Shown: positions 12,840 to 25,539 of the stretch, piece by piece | Layout of the letters: each line of letters opens with the position of its first letter | How positions within the stretch are numbered: position 1 is the first letter of the stretch | DNA from: Eledone cirrhosa | Lineage: Eukaryota | Length of the DNA stretch: 64,000 nucleotides | Reading direction: 5' to 3' | Assembly: GCA_964016885.1 (NCBI GenBank) | Contig: OZ024759.1 | Span: forward strand, 4,030,001 to 4,094,000 | The notes under the pieces: generated by a model | The model's input: only the letters and a program-made list of their open reading frames with translations | The model's database searches: none | What the model was told of the DNA's origin: nothing | Program-made: the position numbers and the translations under genes

Positions 12840-13132
12840 CAGGCATGGGCAACCTTTTTCGAGAAGCGGGCCGCATGAGATATGGCTCATCATCAGGGAG
12901 GCCGCAAGCGCTAATTTACATTTGTGCCCACATTAAAAAAAAAGGGTGATAACTCAGGTTGTTTTGATTTGTTTCTTCAGAATTCGTACACGTTGTTTTC
13001 CTCAATCGTTAAAAATTATAGAAAGATAAATTACGACTGAAAAGTTGGGGTAAAAAAATCAGAAAGATTTCACTTAGGTGATTTAGGTGAGTCATTTAGA
13101 AAGCTTTGTGGGCCGCAGGTTACCCATGACTG
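12840..13132. mobile_element. hAT-type MITE
   Basis: TIR CAGGCATGGGCAACC / GGTTACCCATGACTG; degenerate 8-bp TSD CATTAACC / CCTTAATC. Confidence 0.75.
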
Positions 13133-14591
13133 CCTTAATCTATTTAACATTTACATTACTGTGTTTAAGTGTGTGTGAGTGAGTGCATTTGTGTGTTTTA
13201 ATGTGAGTGTGTTTGTGTGTTTTAGTGTGTGAGTACATTTGAGCATTTAAGAATGTGAAAGAGTATGTGTGTTTGTGTGTTTTAGAGTGTGAGTGCATGT
13301 GTGTGTTTATGTGTATGTGTGTGTGAACTCTTTTATTCACCTCTTACAATAGGAAAGGACACTGTGCCAGTTATTTTGTGTCTCAACTAATTGCAACAAA
13401 GCTAATAAACTTTCATGCTCTATTTAACACTAACACAAGTGTAAATGGTGTTAAACTTACAATCATGTTCTGGGTTTCATTCTTGGACTGGGTTGTGTGT
13501 TATGTTCTTGAGCAAAACATTATACTCAGTATGTATGTATGGTCCTGTAACTCCTGACAGAGTCGTAGAGGTGCCGTATTAACAGACATCATTTTTTGGG
13601 TATTTTAAGCCAGGCGGAGCCCATCCCTGTCCAGGCCTGAATACAGCAGATTTCTTCCAGAGAAAGATAGAAAGTGAGAGAGAGGAAATGAGAAAGAGAT
13701 ATAGAAGAAGAATCGACCCCAGTACTAGACTGGTATTTTTTTATTGACATCAAAAGGATGAAAGGCAAAGTTGACCTCAGCGGGATTTGAACTCAGAGAG
13801 CAGAGAGTTGGAACGAATACCACAAAGCATTCTATCTGATGTTCTAACGACTCTGCCAATTCACTGCCTATATACTCAGTATACTCAGTTGGAAATGAGT
13901 ATCAACAATTGCTGGGGGTTTTCTCTGCAATGGACTGGTGTCCTGTCCAGGCTGGAATTGTTTACTGTCAGTCACTTAACACCATGGAAACCAAGGTAAA
14001 CACTGGCCTGATTAGCATCCAGGCTTGAGACAGACTTTAGACTCAGAACAAGTAACAGCCAAATTATAGATTAGTATGATAAAAAGGAAAGGACACATTA
14101 AATAGTGTAGTCCTAGTTATGCAATGCCTGAGAGAAGGGTGGAATGTGCTTATCTCGGTTTCCATGGTGTGAAGCAACTGAGAGTACAGAATTCCATCCT
14201 GCACAGGACTCCTGTCCTGTGCAGGATGGAATTTAAAATCCCCCAGCAATTGCTGGTACTCATTTTCAACTGAGTATACTACGCAAGAATGTTTTGCTTA
14301 AGAACGCAATGCACAGCCAAGTCCAGGAACCAAACCCACAACATTATGATTGTAAATCCAACAGCTTTACCACTTGTGTTAGTGTTAGATAGAGATGACA
14401 GCTCATTGATCTCATAACTAGTTTAAACTGTAAACAACTGACAGTGTCCTTACATATTATAAAGAGGTGAATAGAAGATATTGAAAAAGATACTGTCAAT
14501 TCACCAGCTTTTATTTTAATTTACAAATCTGCCCCCCCCCCCCCCCCATAAAAAAAAAGACAATGGAAATTTGATATTTAGTTTTACTCAC

Positions 14592-14729
14592 CATTTTGGC
14601 AGTTTCTTCCTTCAAAACCAGCAACACATCTTCCGTCAGAACATATTCCTGTCACTGAGTCACATTTGTTGCTGTCTACACAGTGACATATACCTTCACA
14701 GTTGCTGCCAAATCTACCATTCTGGCAGA
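14592..14729 (-). CDS. EGF-like exon E15
   Basis: CQNGRFGSNCEGICHCVDSNKCDSVTGICSDGRCVAGFEGRNCQN; AAG acceptor / GTGAGT, 138 bp. Confidence 0.9.
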
Positions 14730-15014
14730 CTTTCAAAGAAACAAAAACATTGTTTGTTAATAAAAAAAAAAGCAAACCCTTTTTGGTTCAGAAACTTCTG
14801 GCGGAATCCCAGTCTCATATTTTTATATGGTTTGAATATAAATATACTTCTCTACCTTTTTTTCATGGAACCCCAGACATTCATTTGCAGAACCCTTGGG
14901 TTCCATGGATCCCACTTTGGGAATGACTAATAAAGAACACCCTAAAGTTTGGAGAGATAAAACAAGAATTCATATATGTTGCACAGAGTAATTAGCTTCT
15001 TTCATTTCACTCAC

Positions 15015-15152
15015 CTGTTTGACAGTTGTTACCTTTATAGCCAGGTGTACACCCACCACTCGAACAGGTACCAGATTTAGGGTTACACGTGCTATTGTCA
15101 TAGCAGTGACAGCTATAGCTACAATCTTTACCAAACTTGCCACTGGAGCACT
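15015..15152 (-). CDS. EGF-like exon E14
   Basis: CSSGKFGKDCSYSCHCYDNSTCNPKSGTCSSGGCTPGYKGNNCQT; tatttcag / GTGAGT, 138 bp; not in ORF track. Confidence 0.92.
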
Positions 15153-16769
15153 CTGAAATATAGAGCTATTATTTATTATTTATTCATGAGTGAATAAGAA
15201 TTGTTTCGACTTTTGACATAAGGCCAGCAATTACCCCAGTGCATTACTGGTACTTTATTTTATCGACCCCGTAAGGTCGAAAGGCAAAGTTAACCTCTGT
15301 GGGATTTGAACTCAGACCGTAAAGAACCATAACTCTATGCTGCAAAGCATGGCATCCGACGCTCTACCGATACTGCCAATCCACTACCCTCACGATTCAA
15401 TAATAATTATTTCTACTTTTTGCACAAGGCTAGCAATTATCCCAGTGTATTACTGGTACTTTATTAGTAATGCACTGGATAACAATAATGTTATAATAGT
15501 ATTATAATATCATTAATATTCAGTTTGTTTGCCAGCAAACAGCCTCATAAACACCACGTGTGTTTTCTAGATGAACAATGTCATCCTTTTGTTGTAAAAG
15601 GGAAAGAAATGGGCAGAACTGTTGGAGTGTTTGTTGGATGAAATGCTTTGCAGAACTTCTGAGGTCTGAGTTCAAATCTTGCTCAGGTCAAACTTGAATG
15701 TCATTTTTACAAGCTTGATAAAATAATGTACCAGTTAAATACTGGGGTAGATATAATCAACTGACTTTCTCTTTACTCCAAAATTAAGAAATCATTATTA
15801 ACCCTTTACCATTCACATTACTCTATATATACTATTGTGTATTTTCATGGTAAAGGCTTTATCTCACATAATTATCTCACATAATTATCTCACATAATAT
15901 CGAATCTATGAGATTTTGAAAGTATTTATTTTGAGAACAATACCTTAACATCAGTTTGAGCGACCAGTTACAGCCAATATCAACAGAAAGAGGTAGAGAA
16001 TTCTGGCCGGTTTGGGCCAGTTTGAACACGAAAGGGTTAATTAAAAACATTGGTACATTTGTGCTTTACATAGTTTTGGCTTGGTTTTACTGGTTGGGTA
16101 TTCTTCTTGTAACCAATCACTTTACTGAGTGGCCTGGGTGCACCAGTTCTTGAGAGGTTGTACTAATTAGGGTGGCACCAAGTGGATACAAAATGTGGGA
16201 CGAAAAGAAGAGAGAGGAGTCAGTTGAAAATGTCTGAGTGGAGGTGGCATGAACCTAGAATACTCCGAGGAACAGAGTCCAATATAGTAGTGGTGGAAAG
16301 CAGGAGGAGAAGGCACATGGGGAGAGTATCAGTGAAGAAGAGAAAAAATGGTGTATCCATTTGGTTTATAGTCAAGTTTTATTTTTTTTAAACAAGCACC
16401 TTTATAGGCTTAGTCGGCCACCTATGAGGTTGTCACCCCATAGGAAGTATTCTGGGTGTTTCAATGGTAAGGACACCATGCCTATCATGTTGTTGTTACA
16501 GCTCACATTTATGTAGGTTTGGCTGGCCCCCTACAAGGATGCACTCCATAGGAAATATTCTGGGTGTTTTAATAATAAGGACCCCAGGCCTATCATGTTG
16601 TTACAGCTCTACCTATGTAGGTTTAACTGGCCTCTGACAAAAATGCACCCCAAAGGAGCCTCGGTCTTTTCATGTCACTCTTTCCTTGGTAAGTTTGGAA
16701 TCTCACTTTGAAGTGCCATGTGCTCACCTAGAAATACAAATAGCATAGAAGATCTACTGAATGACTCAC

Positions 16770-16907
16770 CTGTCTGACAATTGCTACCTTGATAGCCAGC
16801 TTCACAGCCACCACTGGAACATACACCTGTGATGGGGTCACACTTGCTGTTGTTGGCACAGTGACATGAGTTAATACAGTTGTCACCAAATTTACCACTT
16901 CTACACT
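16770..16907 (-). CDS. EGF-like exon E13
   Basis: CRSGKFGDNCINSCHCANNSKCDPITGVCSSGGCEAGYQGSNCQT; cccag / GTGAGT, 138 bp. Confidence 0.9.
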
Positions 16908-16939
16908 CTGGGTACATTAAATATGAAGAATATAGAAGT

Positions 16940-17660
16940 TAGATGGAATGAGATGTGAAATGTATGTGATATACAATGTATGAGTTGTGAAATGTATGGG
17001 ATGTGAAATGTAGGAATATGAAATGTAGTGGGTGTAAAATGTAGGGATGTGAAATGTAGGGATGAGGAATGTAGGGATGGGGAATGTAGGGATGAGGAAT
17101 GTAGGAGATGTGAAATGTAGGATATGTGAACTGTAGTAGATATGAAATGTAAGAGATGTGAAATGTAAGAGATGTGAAATGTAGGTGATGTGAAATGTAG
17201 GATATGTGAAATGTAAGGATGTGAAATGTAGGAGATGTGAAATGTAAGAGATGTGAAATGTAAGGATGTGAAATGTAGGAGATGTGAAATGTAAGAGATG
17301 TGAAATGTAGGTGATGTGAAATGTAAGAGATGTGAAATGTAGGTGATGTGAAATTTAAGAGATGTGAAATGTAGGGATGAGGAATGTAGGAGATGTGAAA
17401 TGTAGGAGATGTGAAATGTAAGAGATGTGAAATGTAAGATATGTGAAATGTAAGAGATGTGAAATGTAGGAGATGTGAAATGTAAGAGATGTGAAATGTA
17501 AGAGATGTGAAATGTAGGTGATGTGAAATGTAAGAGATGTGAAATGTAGGAGATGTGAAATGTAGGTGATGTGAAATGTAAGAGATGTGAAATGTAGGAT
17601 ATGTGAAATGTAAAGGTGTGAAATATAGATGTGAATTGTGTGAGATGTGAAATGTAGAGA
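16940..17660. repeat. 16-bp minisatellite (GATGTGAAATGTAAGA), about 45 copies
   Basis: Visible periodicity; starts about 30 bp from the E13 acceptor. Confidence 0.9.
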
Positions 17661-18010
17661 ATGTACAAGAATAACAGTAAACATCAACAACAACAACAGC
17701 AACCATCATCAACAACAATAACATGAATAACAAAAACAAACAACAATAGCAACAACAAAAACAACAAAAACAATAACAAAATAACAACAGCAAACAAAAA
17801 TAGCAGTCATCAACAACATCCCTTACATTTTTACCTGTTCCAGCCATCTGGCAGAGGCCATGCTGGGGCACCGCTCTTGTTGCTACACATTCTATCTCCA
17901 GCCTGTGTTGTCTGGCCATTGGTGTAAGAGGGAGTTTGTTGCTGTTGCCCATCAATAACAAAATAACAACAACAAAACAACAATAGCAACAACAACAAAT
18001 ATATACTTAC

Positions 18011-18148
18011 TTAACTGACAATTGTTACCCTCATATCTAGCAATACAACCCCCACTTGAACAGGTCCCTGATACTGGGGTACACTTGCTGTTGTCTGTAC
18101 AGTGACATATACTGCTGCACTTGGCACCAAACCTTCCATATTGACAAA
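18011..18148 (-). CDS. EGF-like exon E12
   Basis: CQYGRFGAKCSSICHCTDNSKCTPVSGTCSSGGCIARYEGNNCQL; T-tract+ccatag / GTAAGT, 138 bp. Confidence 0.9.
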   Translation of the reverse strand, partial: FVNMEGLVPSAAVYVTVQTTASVPQYQGPVQVGVVLLDMRVTIVS

Positions 18149-18221
18149 CTATGGCAGAAAAAAAAATATATATAATTCCAAAATTAAATTAAGGGTGTCA
18201 TGTCCGAGAGACATGCGCCAT

Positions 18222-18331
18222 TAAACAACATAAGACAATTATTCCATTTACCAAAGGTTTTATGAAGACTGACGAGCTCGTCTGTCTTCGTGAAACCTTT
18301 GGTAAATGGAATAATTGTCTTATGTTGTTTA
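18222..18331. repeat. 110-bp near-perfect palindrome
   Basis: Arms centred on GACGAGCTCGTC; flank AAGGGTGTCATGTCC..GACATGCGCCA is shared with 56719-56746. Confidence 0.9.
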
Positions 18332-18909
18332 TTACATAACTAAATAGCTCTGTAGCTTACATAGTGCACTCTCCTTTCCTTCGGAAACACTTAATATATA
18401 TATATGCAGAAGACCTGACTTCCCTAGGGTACAAGCCGAAGCTGAAGCATATGGAAAATATGCCCCCACCCCCTCCTCCCACTGCAAAGTGGTCGTGGAG
18501 GTGTCATGACAAAAAAGCACCCAGCCCACACTGTAAAGTGGACATGTAGGCGCCACGGTAAAAAAGCACCTAGCACTCACTGTAAATGAGGTTGGTGTTA
18601 GGAAGGGCATCCAGCTGTAGAAATCAAGCCAGCATCAGTTCCCATATGAGCAAGACAAGGTCACTCGACCTGGCATTGCCTACAACAGGACAACCGGTCT
18701 AACCCATGGAAGAATGGACGTAAAAGGGTGATGGTGATGATATATATTTTTTTCACTAATGTCACACAAAATTGTATGTTTTTTGTAGCTTTATGGTTTA
18801 ACGGTTTCCTTTTTAAAAATTGTTTTTTTGTTTTGTTTTGTTTTCGTTCGCTGTCTTCTCTTTTCTTTGTTGATTTTCTTAAATATATATATATATATAA
18901 ATATATGTA

Positions 18910-18946
<37 letters not shown>

Positions 18947-19503
18947 TTTTTTTTTTCTGATTCCACCCTGCCTGTCCCTTCAATCTTTCTAATTTCTCAT
19001 TCTTTCTTCTGATGAAGGACTAGCGTCCAAAACCTTAAAACCCTCTTGTTGCTATTTCAAGTGTTAACCTAATATTTTCTTTCCATATACTGTACCGATT
19101 GTGTTGTTATCTCTGTTTACACACAATCATCATCATCATCATCATCATTTTACGTCCGCCTTTCCCTGCTTGCAAGGGTTGGACGGGTTCTATTCAGCGC
19201 AGCATCTCTCCACTTGTCACGGTCCTTCGTCATCTCCTCAGATTACATTTATTGTATTCAGCCATGTAGAGTGGAAATTTTATTTTATTTGAATGTGGCA
19301 AAGCCGGTCATTTATTGCTCGTATACAGGAAACTGACTGGCCAGTCTGCTGATATACAAATCTGGCTGATCAGTGGATCTGCTAATATGCAGATCTGACT
19401 GATCAGCCAGTCTGCTAATATGGAAATCAGGCCGATCAGCCACTGTATATTTTAGAAAATAGTATATATTTTCACTAGCTCTGACAGTTGGCAGGTGAAG
19501 AGT

Positions 19504-19553
19504 GAGCTGTACTGATGAAGGCTGATACCCAGAAAAATTAGTGTCTGCAATTC
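19504..19553 (+). ncRNA. Degenerate type I hammerhead motif
   Basis: gagcugua CUGAUGA aGG-cugauac-CCa GAAA aauuagu GUC/ugcaauuc; stem I pairs 7 of 8 including GU. Confidence 0.5.
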
Positions 19554-19671
19554 TGTTTACATGCCAACACAAGAGCAAGAATGATGGGTTCATTCTATTG
19601 ACATGGCTTTAAAATTGAGGCTTGTTTGCATAATTGCAGACGAATCGAATGCTATTATTAATATTCGAAAA

Positions 19672-19862
19672 GGGCGGTAGATTGGCAGTATCGGTAGAGG
19701 GTCGGACCATGCTTTGACGCATAAAGTTACGGCCCTTGCTATTCTGAGTTCAAATCCCGCTGAGGTTAACTTTGCCTTTCATCCTTATGGGGTCGATAAA
19801 ATAAAGTACCAGTAATACACTGGGTAATTGCTGGCCTTGTGCCAAAAGTAGAAACAATTATT
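19672..19862 (+). mobile_element. tRNA-derived SINE family 2; other copies about 6385-6565, 11740-11915, 15200-15390, 24090-24210, 30580-30710, 31735-31925, 50270-50452
   Basis: B box GAGTTCAAATCC, conserved GCCTTTCATCCTTANGGGGTCGATAAAATAAAGTACCAGT core, AT-rich tail. Confidence 0.85.
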
Positions 19863-20286
19863 AATATTCGAAAAACTCAGATTACATATATATATAGAGA
19901 TATATATATATGGCTTAAAAGAGAAGATGAATGGTGTGTCTGACACATTGAGGTTGATGGAGACACCTTGCTGAGAGTCATAACACCAGACACTTCAAAT
20001 TTCATGCTGTTCTGATGCATTGAGATGGAACAGCTGCTACCTTTATAACCAGCACCACACCCTCCATTGGAACACACACCTGTCTGACAGTTGCTACTTC
20101 CACAACCAGCACCACATCTTCCGCTGGAACACATACCTGTCTGACAGTTGATACCTTTATAATCAGCACCACACATTCTACTATAACACACACCTGTCTC
20201 TGTGTTACACCTGTCTCTGTGTTACACCTACTGTCATCTTGTTTCAATATATTAAGTTACAAACAAAGCTATACTACACCACTTAC

Positions 20287-20424
20287 CTGTCTGACAGTTG
20301 CTACCTTCATAACCAGCAGCACATCCGCCACTAAAATACACACCTGTCTGTTTGTTACACCTGTTGTTGTCAGTACAGTGACAGATGCTTTCGCAGTTGG
20401 GTCCAAATTTACCAATATCACAAA
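20287..20424 (-). CDS. EGF-like exon E11 (Cys6 to Tyr, 7 Cys)
   Basis: CDIGKFGPNCESICHCTDNNRCNKQTGVYFSGGCAAGYEGSNCQT; tgtttag / GTAAGT, 138 bp. Confidence 0.75.
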
Positions 20425-20489
20425 CTAAACATACAAAAAAAATAGATAAACAAATTCTGAAGAAGTCACGGCTGTTCCACATTTCTAGT

Positions 20490-21392
20490 CACTGTACTAT
20501 TGTAACTAGTACTCTACTAACTACCACTATACTAACTATTGTAACTAGTACTCTACTAACTACTACTACATCATTCACTATACTAACTATTGTAACTAGT
20601 ACTCTACTAACTACCACTATACCATTCACTATACTAACTATTGTAACTAGTACTCTATTAACTACCACTACATCATTCACTATACTAACTATTGTAACTA
20701 GTACTCTACTAACTACCACTATACCATTCACTATACTAACTATTGTAACTAGTACTCTACTAACTACCACTATACCATTCACTATACTAACTATTGTAAC
20801 TAGTACTCTACTAACTACCACTACATCATTCACTATACTAACTATTGTAACTAGTACTCTACTAACTACCACTATACCATTCACTATACTAACTATTGTA
20901 ACTAGTACTCTACTAACTACCACTATACCATTCACTATACTAACTATTGTAACTAGTACTCTACTAACTACCACTACATCATTCACTATACTAACTATTG
21001 TAACTAGTACTCTACTAACTACCACTACATCATTCACTATACTAACTATTGTAACTAGTACTCTACTAATTACCACTATACCAATCACTATACTAACTAT
21101 TGTAACTAGTACTCTACTAACTACCACTACATCATTCACTATACTAACTATTGTAACTAGTACTCTACTAACTACCACTATACCATTCACTATACTAACT
21201 ACCACTACATCATTCACTATACTAACTATTGTAACTAGTACTCTACTAACTACTACTACATCATTCATTATACTAACTATTGTAACTAGTACTCTACTAA
21301 CTACTACTAAATCATTCACTATACTAACTATTGTAACTAGTACGCTACTAACTACCACTATACCATTCACTATACTATTATAACTACCACTC
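20490..21392. repeat. 51-bp minisatellite, about 17 copies (resumes briefly at 23800-23870)
   Basis: Unit CTATACTAACTATTGTAACTAGTACTCTACTAACTACCACTACATCATTCA. Confidence 0.92.
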
Positions 21393-21395
21393 TGT

Positions 21396-23795
21396 AGTAG
21401 TAGTAGTGGCACTCCATCGGTTACGATGAGTGTTCCAACTGATACAATCAACAGTACAGCCTGCTCGTGAAATTTACATGCAAGTGGCTGAGTATTCCAC
21501 AAACACGCGTACCCATAATATAGTTCTCAGGGAGATTCAGCAAGACACAATATGTGACAAGGCTAGCATTTCGAATTACAGGTACAGTTCATTTTTGCCA
21601 GCTGAGTGGACTGGAGCAACATGAAATAAAGTGTCTTGCTCAAGGACACAGTGGACTGGAGCAACATGAAATAAAGTGTCTTGCTCAAGGACACAGTGGA
21701 CTGGAGCAACATGAAATAAAGTGTCTTGCTCAAGGACACAGTGGACTGGAGCAACATGAAATAAAGTGTCTTGCTCAAGGACACAGTGGACTGAAGCAAC
21801 ATGAAATAAAGTGTCTTGCTCAAGGACACAGTGGACTGGAGCAACATGAAATAAGGTGTCTTGCTCAAGGACACAGTGGACTGGAGCAACATGAAATAAG
21901 GTGTCTTGCTCAAGGACACAGTGGACTGGAGCAACATGAAATAAAGTGTCTTGCTCAAGGACACAGTGGACTGGAGCAACATGAAATAAGGTGTCTTGCT
22001 CAAGGACACAGTGGACTGGAGCAACATGAAATAAAGTGTCTTGCTCAAGGACACAGTGGACTGGAGCAACATGAAATAAAGTGTCTTGCTCAAGGACACA
22101 GTGGACTGGAGCAACATGAAATAAAGTGTCTTGCTCAAGGACACAGTGGACTGGAGCAACATGAAATAAAGTGTCTTGCTCAAGGACACAGTGGACTGGA
22201 GCAACATGAAATAAGGTGTCTTGCTCAAGGACACAGTGGACTGGAGCAACATGAAATAAGGTGTCTTGCTCAAGGACACAGTGGACTGGAGCAACATGAA
22301 ATAAGGTGTCTTGCTCAAGGACACAGTGGACTGGAGCAACATGAAATAAAGTGTCTTGCTCAAGGACACAGTGGACTGGAGCAACATGAAATAAAGTGTC
22401 TTGCTCAAGGACACAGTGGACTGGAGCAACATGAAATAAAGTGTCTTGCTCAAGGACACAGTGGACTGGAGCAACATGAAATAAGGTGTCTTGCTCAAGG
22501 ACACAGTGGACTGGAGCAACATGAAATAAAGTGTCTTGCTCAAGGACACAGTGGACTGGAGCAACATGAAATAAGGTGTCTTGTTCAAGGACACAGTGGA
22601 CTGGAGCAACATGAAATAAAGTGTCTTGCTCAAGGACACAGTGGACTAGAGCAACATGAAATAAAGTGTCTTGCTCAAGGACACAGTGGACTGGAGCAAC
22701 ATGAAATAAAGTGTCTTGCTCAAGGACACAGTGGACTGGAGCAACATGAAATAAAGTGTCTTGCTCAAGGACACAGTGGACTGGAGCAACATGAAATAAA
22801 GTGTCTTGCTCAAGGACACAGTGGACTGGAGCAACATGAAATAAAGTGTCTTGCTCAAGGACACAGTGGACTGGAGCAACATGAAATAAAGTGTCTTGCT
22901 CAAGGACACAGTGGACTGGAGCAACATGAAATAAGGTGTCTTGCTCAAGGACACAGTGGACTGGAGCAACATGAAATAAAGTGTCTTGCTCAAGGACACA
23001 GTGGACTGGAGCAACATGAAATAAGGTGTCTTGCTCAAGGACACAGTGGACTGGAGCAACATGAAATAAAGTGTCTTGCTCAAGGACACAGTGGACTAGA
23101 GCAACATGAAATAAAGTGTCTTGCTCAAGGACACAGTGGACTGGAGCAACATGAAATAAAGTGTCTTGCTCAAGGACACAGTGGACTGGAGCAACATGAA
23201 ATAAAGTGTCTTGCTCAAGGACACAGTGGACTGGAGCAACATGAAATAAAGTGTCTTGCTCAAGGACACAGTGGACTAGAGCAACATGAAATAAAGTGTC
23301 TTGCTCAAGGACACAGTGGACTGGAGCAACATGAAATAAAGTGTCTTGCTCAAGGACACAGTGGACTGGAGCAACATGAAATAAAGTGTCTTGCTCAAGG
23401 ACACAGTGGACTGGAGCAACATGAAATAAAGTGTCTTGCTCAAGGACACAGTGGACTGGAGCAACATGAAATAAAGTGTCTTGCTCAAGGACACAGTGGA
23501 CTGGAGCAACATGAAATAAAGTGTCTTGCTCAAGGACACAGTGGACTGGAGCAACGTGAAATAAAGTGTCTTGCTCAAGGACACAGTGGACTGGAGCAAC
23601 ATGAAATAAGGTGTCTTGCTCAAGGACACAGTGGACTGGAGCAACATGAAATAAAGTGTCTTGCTCAAGGACACAGTGGACTGGAGCAACATGAAATAAA
23701 GTGTCTTGCTCAAGGACACAATGTACTGCTGGGAATTGAACTCGTGACCTTACAATCTTAAGCCGAATACCCTAACTACGAAGCCACGTGCTTCA
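21396..23795 (-). mobile_element. tRNA-SINE whose middle is expanded into 47 x 45-bp tandem units (21606-23720)
   Basis: Head with A/B boxes at 23725-23795, tail (CTA)n near 21400; unit AGTGGACTGGAGCAACATGAAATAAAGTGTCTTGCTCAAGGACAC matches single-copy SINE body elsewhere (for example 3215-3260). Confidence 0.9.
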
Positions 23796-23884
23796 CTCCA
23801 CTCTACCGCTCTACTAACTACCACTACACCATTCATTATACTAACTATTATAACTACCACTCTACTAGTAATATTTATGAGTAA

Positions 23885-24485
23885 TATTAACTAATTATAT
23901 TAACTAATTATATTGACTAATTATATTGACTAATTATATTAACTAATTATATAGACTAATTATATTAACTAATTATATTGACTAATTATATAGACTAATT
24001 ATATTAACTAATTATATTGACTAATTATATTGACTAATTATATTGACTAATAATATTGACTAATTATATTGACTAATTATATTGACTAATAATTGTTTCT
24101 ACTTTAGGCACAAGGCCAGCAATTACCCAGTGTATTACTGGTACTTTATTTTATCGACCCCGTAAGGATGAAAGGCAAAGTCAACCTCGGCGGGATTTGA
24201 ACTCAGATCGTAAAGGGACGTAACTGGGTTCAAATCCTACTGAAGTTATAGCTCTGGCTTTCATCCTAACAAGGTTGATAAAGTAAAGTACCAGTAACGT
24301 ACTGGGGTTGATAAAGTAAAGTACCAGTAACGTACTGGGGTTGATAAAGTAAAGTACCAGTAATGTACTGGGGTTGATAAAGTAAAGTACCAGTAACGTA
24401 CTGGGGTTGATAAAGTAAAGTACCAGTAATGTACTGGGGTTGATAAAGTACCAGTAACGTACTGGGGTTGATAAAATAAAGTACC
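23885..24485. repeat. 13-bp array (23885-24090) and SINE-derived 33-bp array (24273-24485)
   Basis: CTAATTATATTGA about 16 copies; GGGTTGATAAAGTAAAGTACCAGTAACGTACTG about 6 copies. Confidence 0.88.
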
Positions 24486-24528
24486 TGGACTGGTGAGAGA
24501 TAAAAGCTGAGATATGAAAATAACTAAC

Positions 24529-24666
24529 CTTTCTGACAACTGTTTCCTTCATAACCTGGAGCACATCTACCCCTTGAACAGATCCCTAATTCCACATTAC
24601 ACCTGTTGTTATCTTCACAATGACACACCTGATCACAGTTGGCACCAAGTCTTCCACTACTGCACA
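24529..24666 (-). CDS. EGF-like exon E10
   Basis: CSSGRLGANCDQVCHCEDNNRCNVELGICSRGRCAPGYEGNSCQK; cctgttacag / GTTAGT, 138 bp. Confidence 0.9.
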
Positions 24667-24693
24667 CTGTAACAGGAAAACATTGGTGTAGAT

Positions 24694-25420
24694 CAGGGAT
24701 TGGCAACTTCTTTGCCTCCACGGGCCGGACGAATGCCATAAAAGAATAATTATGGAAAATTACACAAGCTAAAATTTAATCTCGAGTGTTGACTATACTA
24801 TTCATTTCTCAAATCTTGAATTATATTCACAAATACCTCTGAATCCTGTGATTTCCCTCCTTGAAATGATGGAAAATGCACAATTTTTATTTCAAAGTTG
24901 ATGTTCCCACAACTGTAGCTTTTTTTCAAAGACAACAATATGGTTATACATTTCATTTACGAGCTGAGTTTTACCTTGAAGTTGTAAATTTAAGTTATTT
25001 AACCCTTTAGCACTTACATTATTCTATATTTACTATTGTAGTTTCACAGTAAACACTTTATCTTATATAGTTATCTCACATAATATTGAATCTATGAGAT
25101 TTTGATATTATTTATTTTGAGAAGAATACCTTAACGTCAGTATGAGTGGCTAGTTACAGCCGGTTTGAACAGAAAAAAGTGAGAGATTTCTGGCCGGATA
25201 TGGCCGGTTTAAATGCTAAAGGGTTAAACGAGTCACAATATCCTCAATAAATACCAAAGTTGTAACAGCAGGCCTTTTATTGTATTCGAAAGGCTCGTCT
25301 CTCATGTTACAATAAATTTAAATTTTAAATAAACAACTCATTGGGCATAAGTTCTTGCAGGCTGGTCGAAATCCTTTCCTGAGCTGGACCGGCCTGTGCG
25401 CCATAAGTAGCCAACCCCTG
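24694..25420. mobile_element. hAT-type MITE with nested TTAA-MITE
   Basis: TIR CAGGGATTGGCAACTT / AAGTAGCCAACCCCTG; degenerate NTGTAGNN flanks. Confidence 0.7.
24999..25227. mobile_element. TTAA-flanked piggyBac-like MITE; copies 7646-7800 (partial), 7817-10529 (LINE-interrupted), 15798-16040, 30448-30580, 30761-31089, 32487-32716
   Basis: TTAA-CCCTTTAGCA...TGCTAAAGGG-TTAA termini, shared internal sequence. Confidence 0.8.
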
Positions 25421-25539
25421 CTGTAGGGTAATGTCTTGTGATGGTAATGGTGGTACTGGTGGTAGTAGTGGGAATATTGCACCGGACAATTCTCGTTTCA
25501 TTTTCTTCCAATTTTCTCTGTTGCTCCATGTTCATCACT

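Noticed and set aside
21554-23761. 735-aa ORF of 15-aa repeats as a protein gene
   Set aside because: It is a stop-free 45-bp SINE-derived tandem repeat, antisense within an intron
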